A program made the position numbers and the translations under genes. Positions 47,650 to 57,631 of a DNA stretch of 57,714 bases are shown here, piece by piece (position 1 is the stretch's first letter; the number at the start of each line of letters is the position of its first letter). The notes beneath the pieces were generated by a model, which saw only the letters and a list, made by a program, of their open reading frames with translations, was not told the origin of the DNA and searched no databases. Origin of the DNA: Acidaminococcus sp. CAG:917 (GTDB taxonomy: Bacteria > Bacillota > Clostridia > Christensenellales > CAG-917); contig FR901028.1 in NCBI GenBank assembly GCA_000437555.1, positions 58,817-116,530 of the forward strand, given 5' to 3'.

Positions 47650-48282
47650 ATGGAAGAATTTGAAAAAATGAAGTCGGGGCTTTTATACAATCCCGCCGAA
47701 CAAGGCATAGCCAAAATACACAACCGTATTATGGCACTTTGCGAAAAGCTCAACAAAGTATCGATAAAAAATCAGCCCCTAAGGCGCAAAATTTTAAAAA
47801 AGATTATTCCCGATATGGGAGACGGAGCATTTATAGTATCGCCGTTTAATTGCGAATACGGTTCAAATATTAAGATAGGAAAAAACTTTTTTTCAAACTT
47901 TAACTGCATAATTTTGGACGTCGCTCCCGTGAAAATCGGCGACAACGTGATGTTCGGGCCTCACGTTACCATAGCAACGCCGATGCATCCCCTTGTAGCT
48001 TCCGAACGAGCGGTGCAAGACTACGGCGACGGAATATACGACCTTGAATACTCCCGTCCGATAACGATAGGAAACGGCGTCTGGCTTGCCTCAAACGTAA
48101 CGGTTATCGGAGGAGTTACGATAGGAGACGAATGCGTCGTCGGCGCAGGTTCTGTGGTAACAAGGGATTTACCAAGCGGATATCTTTGTATGGGCACACC
48201 TTGCAAACCGATAAGAAAAATCACTGAAGAAGACAAACTTCACGTCAAAGAGACATATGAAGCCTGCCGCCCGTTAAAATGA
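47650..48282 (+). CDS. maltose/galactoside O-acetyltransferase-family (hexapeptide repeat) acetyltransferase
   Basis: N-terminal Mac-type helix MEEFEKMKSGLLYNP and left-handed beta-helix repeats IGDNVMFGPHVTI...IGNGVWLASNVTVIGGVTIGDECVVGAGSVV. Confidence 0.85.
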   Translation: MEEFEKMKSGLLYNPAEQGIAKIHNRIMALCEKLNKVSIKNQPLRRKILKKIIPDMGDGAFIVSPFNCEYGSNIKIGKNFFSNFNCIILDVAPVKIGDNVMFGPHVTIATPMHPLVASERAVQDYGDGIYDLEYSRPITIGNGVWLASNVTVIGGVTIGDECVVGAGSVVTRDLPSGYLCMGTPCKPIRKITEEDKLHVKETYEACRPLK

Positions 48283-48453
48283 TATTTATACGATATTCCG
48301 TCTTTATAGCGTATAAACTTGGCTTTATGATTTAAAATGCGAGCGATTTAAAAGCATTTTATTGCTCCTCTATTATCAATAACTATAATTAAAGCTTTTT
48401 AAATGCAACCGCTTTAAAGTTTATCTTCAAATTGCAACAATTTTTAATGTGAT

Positions 48454-48481
48454 AAAAAAAAGCACCTTATGGTGCTTTTTT
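48454..48481. terminator. bidirectional intrinsic terminator
   Basis: AAAAAAAAGCACC-ttat-GGTGCTTTTTT. Confidence 0.8.
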
Positions 48482-48543
48482 CGGCTTTATAAAGTCCGTT
48501 AAAATTTTTTGAAAACCGTTTCCCGCAGTCCGTTTAACCGAAT

Positions 48544-49494
48544 TCAGTTAACGTGACTTATAAGTCCTATGCTGCCGGGCAACACACCCGAAATACCTAT
48601 ACTGCTGTTGCCGTTAATAACGTGATTTTCGTCCGCAGTCGCGGTTCCTACCTTGCCGAGATTGAAAATCATATCGCCGACGGCGCCTGCAATTCTTTGA
48701 TTGATTACCGCCGTCGATTCGCCGCCGCTGCCTATTTCGCTTGAAAGCATCTTGAGTATAGCTTCGGAAGCCGTAGTATCGGTGTCGTTAATCTTGAGCG
48801 ATGCAGGAGAGAGCGCGAGCCTGCCGTCTCCGTCAACTCCCGTTATCTTAAGGTATGACACGATATATACCTTTGACGGAATTTTGACAAAGCTCTTTAC
48901 TACGGAAATGGCTTCTTCGATAGCCGACTTAAATGAAGATATATCCGCTTCGAGCACCACTCTGATTGACTTTCCGCTTGAATTTGAATTGACTGTAAAT
49001 TCTTTCACGGTTGCATTCATATCTTTGATTGCTTTTAAATCGGGATGTGATTCCGTAGCCGACGAAACCGCTTTCGCAAACAAGAACGCCAAAGTCTTGT
49101 CATCGTATATATGATAATATTCCTTGCCGTAAATAATTTTGCCCGTGTATAGAGAGGAATAATCTATAACTCCGCCTCCCGATATCGCATCGGAATTGGC
49201 AAGCTGAGTTTTGGCGTTGTCCGCCTCCGTAGTGCCGTCATATCTGTTTTTTACAATCTGCTGTTCGTCCGGAGAATAAATTACCTTAAACGCCTTGGCA
49301 ATATCTATTAGTTTTGTATCCCCGAGTCCTAAACTTTGCATACTTTCGCCTTCTAAGATTGCCTTATCGCCGAAACCTAACTGATTGGGCGTAAGGTTGA
49401 CAACGATTAAAATTGCAAGACCGATTAACAAAATTATCGCCAAAAGAACGCAAATTGCAATGATAAGTTTTTTTAATCCGTGTGCTGCCGCCAT
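48544..49494 (-). CDS. hypothetical membrane-anchored protein
   Basis: A single N-terminal TM helix (LIIAICVLLAIILLIGLAILIVV), then a ~280-aa soluble region with no recognised motif. Confidence 0.6.
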   Translation of the reverse strand: MAAAHGLKKLIIAICVLLAIILLIGLAILIVVNLTPNQLGFGDKAILEGESMQSLGLGDTKLIDIAKAFKVIYSPDEQQIVKNRYDGTTEADNAKTQLANSDAISGGGVIDYSSLYTGKIIYGKEYYHIYDDKTLAFLFAKAVSSATESHPDLKAIKDMNATVKEFTVNSNSSGKSIRVVLEADISSFKSAIEEAISVVKSFVKIPSKVYIVSYLKITGVDGDGRLALSPASLKINDTDTTASEAILKMLSSEIGSGGESTAVINQRIAGAVGDMIFNLGKVGTATADENHVINGNSSIGISGVLPGSIGLISHVN

Positions 49495-49717
49495 GTGTTT
49501 CTCCTTTTTTCTTTCTTTGGTTTATTTCATTGATATTTTACAGTATAAATCGGATTTGTCAAAATCTTTTGGTCTATTTTAATGCATATTTTCACTATTG
49601 TCAACTTTTTAGCAAAATAAATTTACATTTTTGTGAATATTGGCCGTTTTTGTTTTTCCCTGCCGTATTCGCAAGTAGCTTTTATCTGCGCTTACTGTCT
49701 CGTAGTAGCAAAAAAAT

Positions 49718-49745
49718 AAAAAGCCTTAAAGGCTTTTTATTTTAA
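49718..49745. terminator. bidirectional intrinsic terminator
   Basis: AAAAAGCC-ttaaa-GGCTTTTT followed by ATTTT. Confidence 0.75.
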
Positions 49746-49778
49746 AACATTTTATATTTCCGTTTACAGCGGCTTATT

Positions 49779-51449
49779 TTATTTATCGTCGCCTTGTTCC
49801 TCGGACTCGGAAAAATCTTCTTTACCAGAAGCGGGCTCTCTGCCGTCACTGTCCTCGGAATCGTTATCGATTTGATTTTCCTCGTTTGCCCTATTTTTGC
49901 CCGACTCGTCATCGGTTATCGGATTTTTTTCTGAGTCGGTGTTGCTTGCGTTTTCGGTAGTGCTTTCGCCGATATCCTTTGCGAAAACATTCTCGGACGG
50001 GTCTATAGCATTTTTCGCTTTTTTACCTTCGAGATATCTTTTTCCGCCTTCGGTTATTTCCCTTCCTGCGCTCGTCACGTTGATATATCCTAAATAAATG
50101 AGATAAGGCTCGATTTGCTGTTCTACAATATTTCTTCCCTCGCCTATAGCGCTGCAAAGGGTATCTATGCCCACAGGACCGCCGTCGAATTTATAGAGTA
50201 TGGCGCTAAGATAGTTCGTATCCGTATCGTCAAGCCCGGACTCGTCAACTCCAAGCTGTTTAAAGCATGATGAGGTGATTTCTTTTCCGATTATGGAAAC
50301 GCCTGTAAGCTGAGCTTTATCTCTTATTCTCTTGACAAATCTGTTGCATATTCTCGGAACTCCTCTTGACCGCTTCGCTATGTCGAGTGCGCCCTCGTCA
50401 TCAAGAATATAACCGAGTTTGCTCATAGAGGCCTTTGCAAGAGCCGCGAGCTCCGATTCGGAATATGGCTCAAGCTTAAACTGCAATGGGAACCTGTCAC
50501 GCATAGGCTTAGATAAAAGTCCGCTGTGCGTCGTTGCACCTATGAGCGTAAACGGCGGAAGGCTGAGCGTTACGTTTTTCGCATCCCTTCCTCTCTGTTT
50601 ATCGAGATAGCTAAGCTCAAAATCTTCCATTGCCGTATATATCGCCTCTGCCGCCGACGGACTTATACGGTGTATTTCGTCGATAAACACTACGTCGCCC
50701 TTTTTGACGTTTTTAATGACGTCGACAAAATCTTCGGCGTCTTTAACGGTAGGTCCGCTCATCACTATACAGTTTCCGCCCATCTCGTTAGCTATTATTT
50801 TCGCAAGAGTAGTCTTACCGAGACCTGCCGAGCCGAACATCAAAATATGCTCTAAAGCCTCTCCCCTCTTTTTTGCCGCAAGTATTGCCTCTTTAAGTCG
50901 CGGCTTTATTTGTTCTTGCCCCATATATTCTGAAAGAGTCATAACTCTTAAAGGGTTATTAGTGTTGGCAAAACTTCCGTATCCTCTATCCTCGCCGTCC
51001 GCCTGCGTTGAAGTTTCTTGCTCGTCTTGAACGGCGTTATCGGACCTGCTGTCCTGTTGTGCGCCGTTATCGTCGGATAACCCGTCTGATGCGTCAGGCA
51101 ATTTTTGGTCTTTCTTTTCTTCGACCTCGGTTACCCATTGCTCGAAATCGTCAAGAGCTTTCGACGCGCTTGCGCCTTTTGATTTTATAATAAGTTTTCG
51201 TCCCGTAAGCTCGAAGTAAACGTCGGCAACCGCCTCGGCAGAAGTCAGTTTGCGAACCATCTCAACCAAACGGAAGCCACGCGCATTGCACTTTGTTCTC
51301 TCGTTAAAATCCATTTTGGCGTATTCGTCAAGTTTTGCGGCACACTCTAAAAGCGCAAGTTTTATATACTTGACGCTTTTTCCGTTCTCCATTGCTTCAA
51401 TGGCTTCGTTATATATTTTATTTATTTCATTATGATATTTTGCGTTCAT
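49779..51449 (-). CDS. RuvB-like AAA+ ATPase with ~165-aa N-terminal and ~70-aa acidic C-terminal extensions
   Basis: Core (approx. 49995-50948) with Walker A GSAGLGKTTLA, Walker B VVFIDEIHRI, FTLIGATTHSGLLSKPMRDRF, RSRGVPRICNRFVKRIRD and GLDDTDTNYL. 556 aa versus ~330-350 for typical RuvB. There is no ruvA adjacent. Confidence 0.8.
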   Translation of the reverse strand: MNAKYHNEINKIYNEAIEAMENGKSVKYIKLALLECAAKLDEYAKMDFNERTKCNARGFRLVEMVRKLTSAEAVADVYFELTGRKLIIKSKGASASKALDDFEQWVTEVEEKKDQKLPDASDGLSDDNGAQQDSRSDNAVQDEQETSTQADGEDRGYGSFANTNNPLRVMTLSEYMGQEQIKPRLKEAILAAKKRGEALEHILMFGSAGLGKTTLAKIIANEMGGNCIVMSGPTVKDAEDFVDVIKNVKKGDVVFIDEIHRISPSAAEAIYTAMEDFELSYLDKQRGRDAKNVTLSLPPFTLIGATTHSGLLSKPMRDRFPLQFKLEPYSESELAALAKASMSKLGYILDDEGALDIAKRSRGVPRICNRFVKRIRDKAQLTGVSIIGKEITSSCFKQLGVDESGLDDTDTNYLSAILYKFDGGPVGIDTLCSAIGEGRNIVEQQIEPYLIYLGYINVTSAGREITEGGKRYLEGKKAKNAIDPSENVFAKDIGESTTENASNTDSEKNPITDDESGKNRANEENQIDNDSEDSDGREPASGKEDFSESEEQGDDK

Positions 51450-51579
51450 AATTTACTCCTTTTGTCAATTATAACACACATTTATTGTAAATACAATAGT
51501 TATATAAAAATTGCGAAAAAAATTTAAAAAAACAGAATGTAAAAAATGACGCTACGCCCGATAAAATCAAAATATATAC

Positions 51580-52779
51580 TTATTTTCTTTGTTTATAATA
51601 AGTCGCAAGACCGCCTTCGCTTGTTTCTCTGTATCGGCTGGATAAATCCTTGCCTGTCTGATACATTGTTTTTACTACCGTATCAAAAGAAATCTTTCGC
51701 GTAACGGTAAGGAAATTGGCGAAATTGAATGCCGTTAAAGCCATCATTGCGGCAACGGCGTTACGCTCTATGCAAGGTATCTGAACAAGTCCCGCCACGG
51801 GGTCGCAGGTAAGACCGAGGTGATGCTCCATTCCCACTTCCGCCGCATATTCTATTTGCTCTATATCCATACCGAACAACTGACAAAGTCCCGCCGCCGC
51901 CATAGAGCAAGCACTGCCTATCTCCGCCTGACATCCGCATTCCGCTCCGGATATCGAAGCGTTTTGCTTAATAAGATTTCCTATAAGCCCTGCCACCGCC
52001 AAGGCGTCGACGATTTGGTCGTTTGAAAAGCCTTGTTTGTCCTGCATATATTTGAGCACGCTCGGCACTACTCCGCAGCTTCCGCAGGTGGGAGCGGTGA
52101 CAATCATACCGCCCGCCGCATTTTCTTCCGCCGCGGCAAAAGCGTATGAACACACGATTCTGCTTTGCCTTGTCTCGGGGGATTCGTCGATATGCTTTTG
52201 TCTGAAAAAGTTCCTTGCCTTTCTCTGGACGTCGAGTCCTCCCTCCAAAACGCCGCTTGCCTTTAGACCGTTTTTGATTTCCGTTTTCATTGCCTCCCAC
52301 ATTTCTTCAAGATACGGCTTGATGTCGGGTTCGCATTTGTAAATATAGTCAAGCAATGTAATATCGTTTTCCTCGCAGTATGCCTTTATGTCGTCGAATT
52401 TGTTGAGGTCATATACGTCTACGGCAAGCTCCTCTGCCTTTCCGTTTATCATTATCGCGCCGCCGCCTATGCTGAGCACTTCCCAAAATCCGATTTCCTT
52501 TCCTTTCTTATACGCCCAAAAACGCATAGTATTCGGGTGAGACAGATTCATATCGTTAAGGTCAAATTCCACCTTTGCCTTATCTCCCAGAACTTCCAAA
52601 ATGGCCTTATCGGTTTGGTGCCCCTTTCCCGTGAGCGCGAGCGAGCCGTAAAGTTTTACGAGATAGCTGTCCGCATCGGGAAACTCCTTTAAAAAAAGAG
52701 TAGCCGCTTTGTTGGGGCCTATCGTATGGGATGAGGACGGACCTCTGCCTATTTTGTATAATTCTTTTAGAGATTTCAT
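51580..52779 (-). CDS. sdaA: L-serine ammonia-lyase (iron-sulfur dependent), single-chain form
   Basis: N-terminus MKSLKELYKIGRGPSSSHTIGP. 399 aa with beta- and alpha-type regions in one ORF. Confidence 0.85.
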   Translation of the reverse strand: MKSLKELYKIGRGPSSSHTIGPNKAATLFLKEFPDADSYLVKLYGSLALTGKGHQTDKAILEVLGDKAKVEFDLNDMNLSHPNTMRFWAYKKGKEIGFWEVLSIGGGAIMINGKAEELAVDVYDLNKFDDIKAYCEENDITLLDYIYKCEPDIKPYLEEMWEAMKTEIKNGLKASGVLEGGLDVQRKARNFFRQKHIDESPETRQSRIVCSYAFAAAEENAAGGMIVTAPTCGSCGVVPSVLKYMQDKQGFSNDQIVDALAVAGLIGNLIKQNASISGAECGCQAEIGSACSMAAAGLCQLFGMDIEQIEYAAEVGMEHHLGLTCDPVAGLVQIPCIERNAVAAMMALTAFNFANFLTVTRKISFDTVVKTMYQTGKDLSSRYRETSEGGLATYYKQRK

Positions 52780-53008
52780 ATTAACCTACCGAAATTCTTT
52801 TCCGAAATTGATTTTAGCATATATTGCAAAAAGTAGCAATATCAAAAATTTTAATTTTTTCGTCATAGCTGTATTTGTTCTGAATAACGAATAAGCTATA
52901 TAAGCTTTTTAACTTTTTCAAACGAATAACCGCCGTTTAACCTCAATTCTCATATCCGGCTTTAAAGAACGTTTAGCTAAAACAAAAATGGCTCCCTTTT
53001 GCAAAAAC

Positions 53009-53037
53009 AAAAACGCAGAGCGTTTGCTCTGCGTTTT
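53009..53037. terminator. bidirectional intrinsic terminator
   Basis: AAAACGCAGAGC-gttt-GCTCTGCGTTTT. Confidence 0.8.
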
Positions 53038-53053
53038 AATTTCGGCTTGTTGT

Positions 53054-54010
53054 TTATTCCGCCTTTTTAGATTTTTTGCCGCTCTTTTTGGGGGCTGCGT
53101 CCTCGACGTTTTTAACCTCTTCGACGGCGGCTTCAACCTGCGCTTCTTCTTCCGCTTGCGGCTGTCCCTTTTCGAGTTTCACTTCTGCCGTATCTTCCGA
53201 TTTGACTTCGCCGGCTTCTGCCACCGCGTTTTCGACAGCTTCGCCTTCTGCGGTTTCGCCCTCTACTAATTCGCCCTCGGCGTTTTCATCCGCTTGGGCT
53301 TTCTTTGACTTCTTGGTATTCCAATTTCTCATGATGAAGAATTTGTTGGCAAGGAAGCAAAGAACGAGTGCCGTAAGACCGCCTGCGAGCATTCCCGTTA
53401 TCGTGATAAGGAAGCTGATAAAGCCTGTCGGGTCGGCTCCGCCGTTTGCCGCTTTGTAAGCGTCGGTGCAAGCCGTTGAAACAACGCCTCCGAGGTATGT
53501 TTGCAAAATTATAATGAGTATTGCCGTGATTGCATAAGCTATTGCGGCTATGACTACGTTGTTGGTCGCCTTAAACGTCTTTTTGCGGTTTAGGACAAAG
53601 GTCATTACCTGTCCTATGATAGCTCCGAGCAAGAATCCGATAAAGTCGCCCGTTGACGGGTGGTTAAAAACAAACCAATGGAAGGGATAATCCGTGCCAA
53701 GTTCGGGAACGGCTTCGAGAGCGTATTTGAACACCATATTGGTGACAAACTGCGACGCTCCGCAGATGATACTGAACAGGAAAAAGAGGACCATCTGACG
53801 CAAATCTTCGTGCGCCTGTATGTAGGCAATCATTGCCTTTATACCTTTTTTCTTGGGTTTGTCGGTTGCTTCTTCGCCCGTCTCGCCGCTCACCGCTTCG
53901 ACTGAGTTTTCGTCTGCAACAGCTTCGGCTTTTGTGTTTTCGGCTTCGGCGACTTCTTCGACGTCGGTCTGAACAACGGCGTCCTGCGCTTTGGCGTTTA
54001 ATTCGTCCAT
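53054..54010 (-). CDS. GtrA-family membrane protein with acidic low-complexity N- and C-terminal tails
   Basis: 4-TM core (LFFLFSIICGASQFVTNMVFKY...). Glu/Ala/Val-rich tails of ~60 aa (N-terminal) and ~90 aa (C-terminal). Confidence 0.65.
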   Translation of the reverse strand: MDELNAKAQDAVVQTDVEEVAEAENTKAEAVADENSVEAVSGETGEEATDKPKKKGIKAMIAYIQAHEDLRQMVLFFLFSIICGASQFVTNMVFKYALEAVPELGTDYPFHWFVFNHPSTGDFIGFLLGAIIGQVMTFVLNRKKTFKATNNVVIAAIAYAITAILIIILQTYLGGVVSTACTDAYKAANGGADPTGFISFLITITGMLAGGLTALVLCFLANKFFIMRNWNTKKSKKAQADENAEGELVEGETAEGEAVENAVAEAGEVKSEDTAEVKLEKGQPQAEEEAQVEAAVEEVKNVEDAAPKKSGKKSKKAE

Positions 54011-54114
54011 AATTTTCTCCTTTATATTTATGACTTTAATATTATAACCTTTGTTAACCGTTTAGTCAATATCCAATTTGTGCCACGGGCGCTTGATTGT
54101 CAGTGTTTAAACTC

Positions 54115-56034
54115 TTAGCGTCCTTTACGCTTTTTAGCTTGTCCTTTTCCCTTTTTTACCGTAACGGCAGTTTTAGGATTTGCTGTCTGACGGCTTGCTT
54201 CGCTCCTTTCAAAATATATTTTGCGGGCTTTAGTTTCCGCTTCGGCATAGTTTAGCGCTGTCAGGTCGGCTTTTTGCGTTTTAAAATTGTTGCTTTTCGT
54301 TACTGCTTTGGTTTTTGCGTTTAAATTTTTGTTCGCTTTTCTTTTTGCTTCGCCCTGCGCCTTCGTGTTTAAGGATTTGTTTTGCCTTTCAAACTCCGAA
54401 ACGCCTTGAGCTTTTGAAGATTTAAATTGATTTTTTTTCAATTTCGGATTGCCACCTTTGGCATTTGAGTATTTTCCCTTAACAGGCACCGCCGCATTGA
54501 CGGTTTTGGGGCGTTCTCCTTTAAAATCTACCGCAGATTGCGCTTTTGCATTTTGCCCCTTTGCTCCTTTTTTCTTTTCGCCCTTAAACAGAGGCTTTAT
54601 GCTGTTTGCTCCCTTTAAGTTTTTTTGATTCTTCTTCGCACTCTGTCCGCTTTGTCTTTGACTGCCTGCCTCCTCAAAAGCGACAAACCTGCCGTTGACC
54701 TTGACTCCGTCAAGTTTTAACGCCGTCTTGAAATTATCCTCTGACACCTCAAAGAAGGAATAGACCTCGGCAATCCTGACAGAGAAGATATCCGCAACGG
54801 AAATTCCCGTCTTTTGCGATATGAATTTTTTCAAGCCTCCCTCGTCAAAACCGTCGACGCTTCCTATGCCGCAAAATATTTTCTTTTTTTCAATCTGCTG
54901 ATTTGACTTTTTCTCTTTCGGAACAAAGTTTTCGCTGAGCCCGTCAATATTTAATTCTTCTATCGGCGTATTTGTAAGCTTTTCATAAAGATTAAGACGG
55001 TAGATATCTTTTTTTGTGGCAAACGAAAAAGCTTCGCCCGCGCGGTTGGCTCTTGCCGTTCTTCCTATTCGGTGAACGTAAAACTCCTCATCGAGCGGAA
55101 GGTCATAGTTGAACACCGCTTCCACGCTATCGACGTCTATACCTCTTGCCGCAACGTCGGTAGCAACGAGCACGTTGAGTTTTTTGTCACGGTATGCCCT
55201 CATGGTTTTATCTCTGAGTCTTTGCTTTAAGTCGCCGTGAATTTTGTCGCATAAATACCCGTCTTTGTCCAGCTTTTCATACAGGGCGTCTACCCTTGAC
55301 TTTGTATTGCAAAAAACGAGCGACAGCTTAAAATCCTTATCCTTTAAAATGCGCCTCAGCGCCTCGTATTTGTTTTCCTCTTTGAGTTTGATATAAAACT
55401 GCTTTATATCGGGGACGTCGAGGTCGCCCACCGTCGTTTTTACGAAAACGGGATTATTTTGGAAATCGGCGGATACCTTTTTTATCTCTTCGGACAAAGT
55501 TGCGCTGAACAGTGCGGTTTGCCTTATCTTGGGCATTGCTTTAACGATAAGCCTAATATCCGGCAAAAAGCCCATGTCCAGCATTTCGTCCGCTTCGTCA
55601 AGTACTAAAGTTTTTATGCCGTGCAGTTTCAGAGTCTTTCTTCGTATATGGTCGATAACTCTGCCGGGAGTGCCTACGACAATCTGCGGTTTTTTTCTTA
55701 AATCCGCCATTTGTTTTTCAACACTCTGCCCGCCGAAAAGTGCGGTGATTTTTATTGCCGTGACCGCCGCTATACGCTTTAGCTCTCGCTCTATCTGCAT
55801 TGCAAGTTCTCTTGTCGGGCATAGCACAAGCGTCTGAACAAGCGGATTCGATTCGTATGCGCCCTCTATTGCGGGAACGCCGAAAGCACAGGTTTTTCCT
55901 GTGCCGGTGGGTGCCTGAACGAGGCAGTCGAACCCGTCAAGCATTAAGGGGATAACTTTTTCCTGCACGGGCGTGGGCGAAGTGAAGCCCATTATCGACA
56001 GCGCAGATTTGATTTCCCCTTTTATATTCAACAA
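54115..56034 (-). CDS. DEAD-box ATP-dependent RNA helicase with DbpA-type RNA-binding domain and Lys-rich tail
   Basis: Motifs AQAPTGTGKT-like (VQAPTGTGKT), DEAD (VLDEADEML), SAT (FSATL) and HRIGRTAR. The TTG start is from the track. The C-terminal ~170 aa is a K/N/A-rich tail. Confidence 0.9.
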   Translation of the reverse strand: MLNIKGEIKSALSIMGFTSPTPVQEKVIPLMLDGFDCLVQAPTGTGKTCAFGVPAIEGAYESNPLVQTLVLCPTRELAMQIERELKRIAAVTAIKITALFGGQSVEKQMADLRKKPQIVVGTPGRVIDHIRRKTLKLHGIKTLVLDEADEMLDMGFLPDIRLIVKAMPKIRQTALFSATLSEEIKKVSADFQNNPVFVKTTVGDLDVPDIKQFYIKLKEENKYEALRRILKDKDFKLSLVFCNTKSRVDALYEKLDKDGYLCDKIHGDLKQRLRDKTMRAYRDKKLNVLVATDVAARGIDVDSVEAVFNYDLPLDEEFYVHRIGRTARANRAGEAFSFATKKDIYRLNLYEKLTNTPIEELNIDGLSENFVPKEKKSNQQIEKKKIFCGIGSVDGFDEGGLKKFISQKTGISVADIFSVRIAEVYSFFEVSEDNFKTALKLDGVKVNGRFVAFEEAGSQRQSGQSAKKNQKNLKGANSIKPLFKGEKKKGAKGQNAKAQSAVDFKGERPKTVNAAVPVKGKYSNAKGGNPKLKKNQFKSSKAQGVSEFERQNKSLNTKAQGEAKRKANKNLNAKTKAVTKSNNFKTQKADLTALNYAEAETKARKIYFERSEASRQTANPKTAVTVKKGKGQAKKRKGR

Positions 56035-56059
56035 TTCAAACGATTCTATTGTTTTTTAC

Positions 56060-56698
56060 CTAAATGCTCATCCAACCGTCATCGGAGGGATTGGAACGGA
56101 ACTTAATGAGCATTTCCTTTTCCTTTTCATCGATATATCCCGTCTCTAGTGCAACTTCGACGACTGCGTCAAAGTTGGATACGGAGTGATTTACGACACA
56201 GGCCGCTTCTAATTTTTCGATACCCTTTTTAAGACCGTAAGTAAACACGGAAACGATTCCCAGAACGGTGGCACCTGCTTCCCTGAGTGCGTTTACCACG
56301 TCGATTGACGAACCGCCCGTTGAGATGAGGTCCTCGACAACGACTACTTTTTTTCCGCTCGGATTGGCTCCCTCGATTTTGTTTTCTCTGCCGTGCGTCT
56401 TTTCGCTCGAACGAACGTAGCCCATAGGCAATGAGAGTATTTCGCTCATTATGGCGGCGTGCGGTATGCCTGCCGTAGACGTTCCGAAAAGAGCCTCACA
56501 TTCGTGATATTCTTTTTTGACTATATCCGCAAGGGCATTTTCGATAAATCTTCTTTCTTCGGGGTATGCAAGGGTAAGACGGTTGTCGCAGTATATAGGC
56601 GATTTAATTCCGCTTGCCCAGGTAAAAGGCTGAGTAGGACGTAAAAATACAGCCTTGACTTTGAGTAAAATTTTTGCAACTTCTTTTTGTATATCCAT
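56060..56698 (-). CDS. pyrE: orotate phosphoribosyltransferase
   Basis: PRPP-binding loop VVVVEDLISTGGS. 212 aa. Confidence 0.9.
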   Translation of the reverse strand: MDIQKEVAKILLKVKAVFLRPTQPFTWASGIKSPIYCDNRLTLAYPEERRFIENALADIVKKEYHECEALFGTSTAGIPHAAIMSEILSLPMGYVRSSEKTHGRENKIEGANPSGKKVVVVEDLISTGGSSIDVVNALREAGATVLGIVSVFTYGLKKGIEKLEAACVVNHSVSNFDAVVEVALETGYIDEKEKEMLIKFRSNPSDDGWMSI

Positions 56699-56947
56699 AA
56701 TTTCACCTTGTAATCGAATTTTTTATTTTGAAAATGTGTCGAGTTTTAAAGCGTGTTGTGTTCAAACTGTCTTCGGCTTTAATTTAGCGTTTGCCTAAAC
56801 CGCCTTGTATAAATTTTTCGGTTTAGCCTTTAACGATATAGCTGTACCGATTGAAAACAGTTTCACCTAAATTCATAAAGACGGTTTAAACAGTTAAAAA
56901 TTGAAGTTTAAACACGCATAAAGATAAATAATGTTTGCTTTGCTCTT

Positions 56948-57631
56948 TTAGTCCGCAAACTGCTTAAGACACTCTTTATATGCCTCAAGCGGATTTTGCG
57001 CTCCCGTTATCGAACGTCCGACTACGATATAGTCGCTTCCCTGCTCTTTTGCAAACGCCGGAGTCGCCACTCTCTTTTGGTCGCCCTTACCGTCGCCTTC
57101 GAGTCTAATTCCCGGCGTTACGGATATAAGTCCTATACTTTTTGCCAAAGGAGCTTCGTAGGGAGAACAGACTATTCCGTCAAGTCCCGCCGCCTTTGCG
57201 TTTTCGGCATATTTTTTAACGGCTTCGGAAGCGGTGAGATTTATTTTCAATTCGTCGCTAAGAGTTTTGTCGTCAAGCGACGTCAAAATGGTGACGGCAA
57301 TCAGTTTGGTTTTTCCGCCCTCTTCGTCGAGTGCTCTTTTTGCCCACTTCATCATCTCTATACCGCCGCCTGCATGCACGTTTGTTATATCTACGCCGAG
57401 CGAGGCAAGATTTTTCATTGCCTTGTATACGGTATTGGGTATATCGTGAAGTTTAAGGTCAAGGAATATTTTATATCCCCTCTCTTTAAGCTCCCTTACC
57501 ATGGGCGCTCCCTCTTTGTAAAACAGTTCCATACCTATTTTCAGAAAAGGCTTAGCGTCGCCCATTTTGGCTAAAAAATTTTCAAGTGCGGCTTTGTCGG
57601 CAAAGTCGCACGCTATCATAACGTCTCTCAT
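56948..57631 (-). CDS. pyrF: orotidine 5'-phosphate decarboxylase
   Basis: Motifs FLDLKLHDIPNT and ...DYIVVGRSI. 227 aa. Confidence 0.92.
   Translation of the reverse strand: MRDVMIACDFADKAALENFLAKMGDAKPFLKIGMELFYKEGAPMVRELKERGYKIFLDLKLHDIPNTVYKAMKNLASLGVDITNVHAGGGIEMMKWAKRALDEEGGKTKLIAVTILTSLDDKTLSDELKINLTASEAVKKYAENAKAAGLDGIVCSPYEAPLAKSIGLISVTPGIRLEGDGKGDQKRVATPAFAKEQGSDYIVVGRSITGAQNPLEAYKECLKQFAD

Noticed and set aside
52918-53269. ORFs 52918..53136 (-) and 52988..53269 (+) with Lys/Arg- or Phe-rich products.
   Set aside because: They overlap the terminator and the acidic-tail coding region of the GtrA-like gene, are compositional artefacts and lack an RBS.
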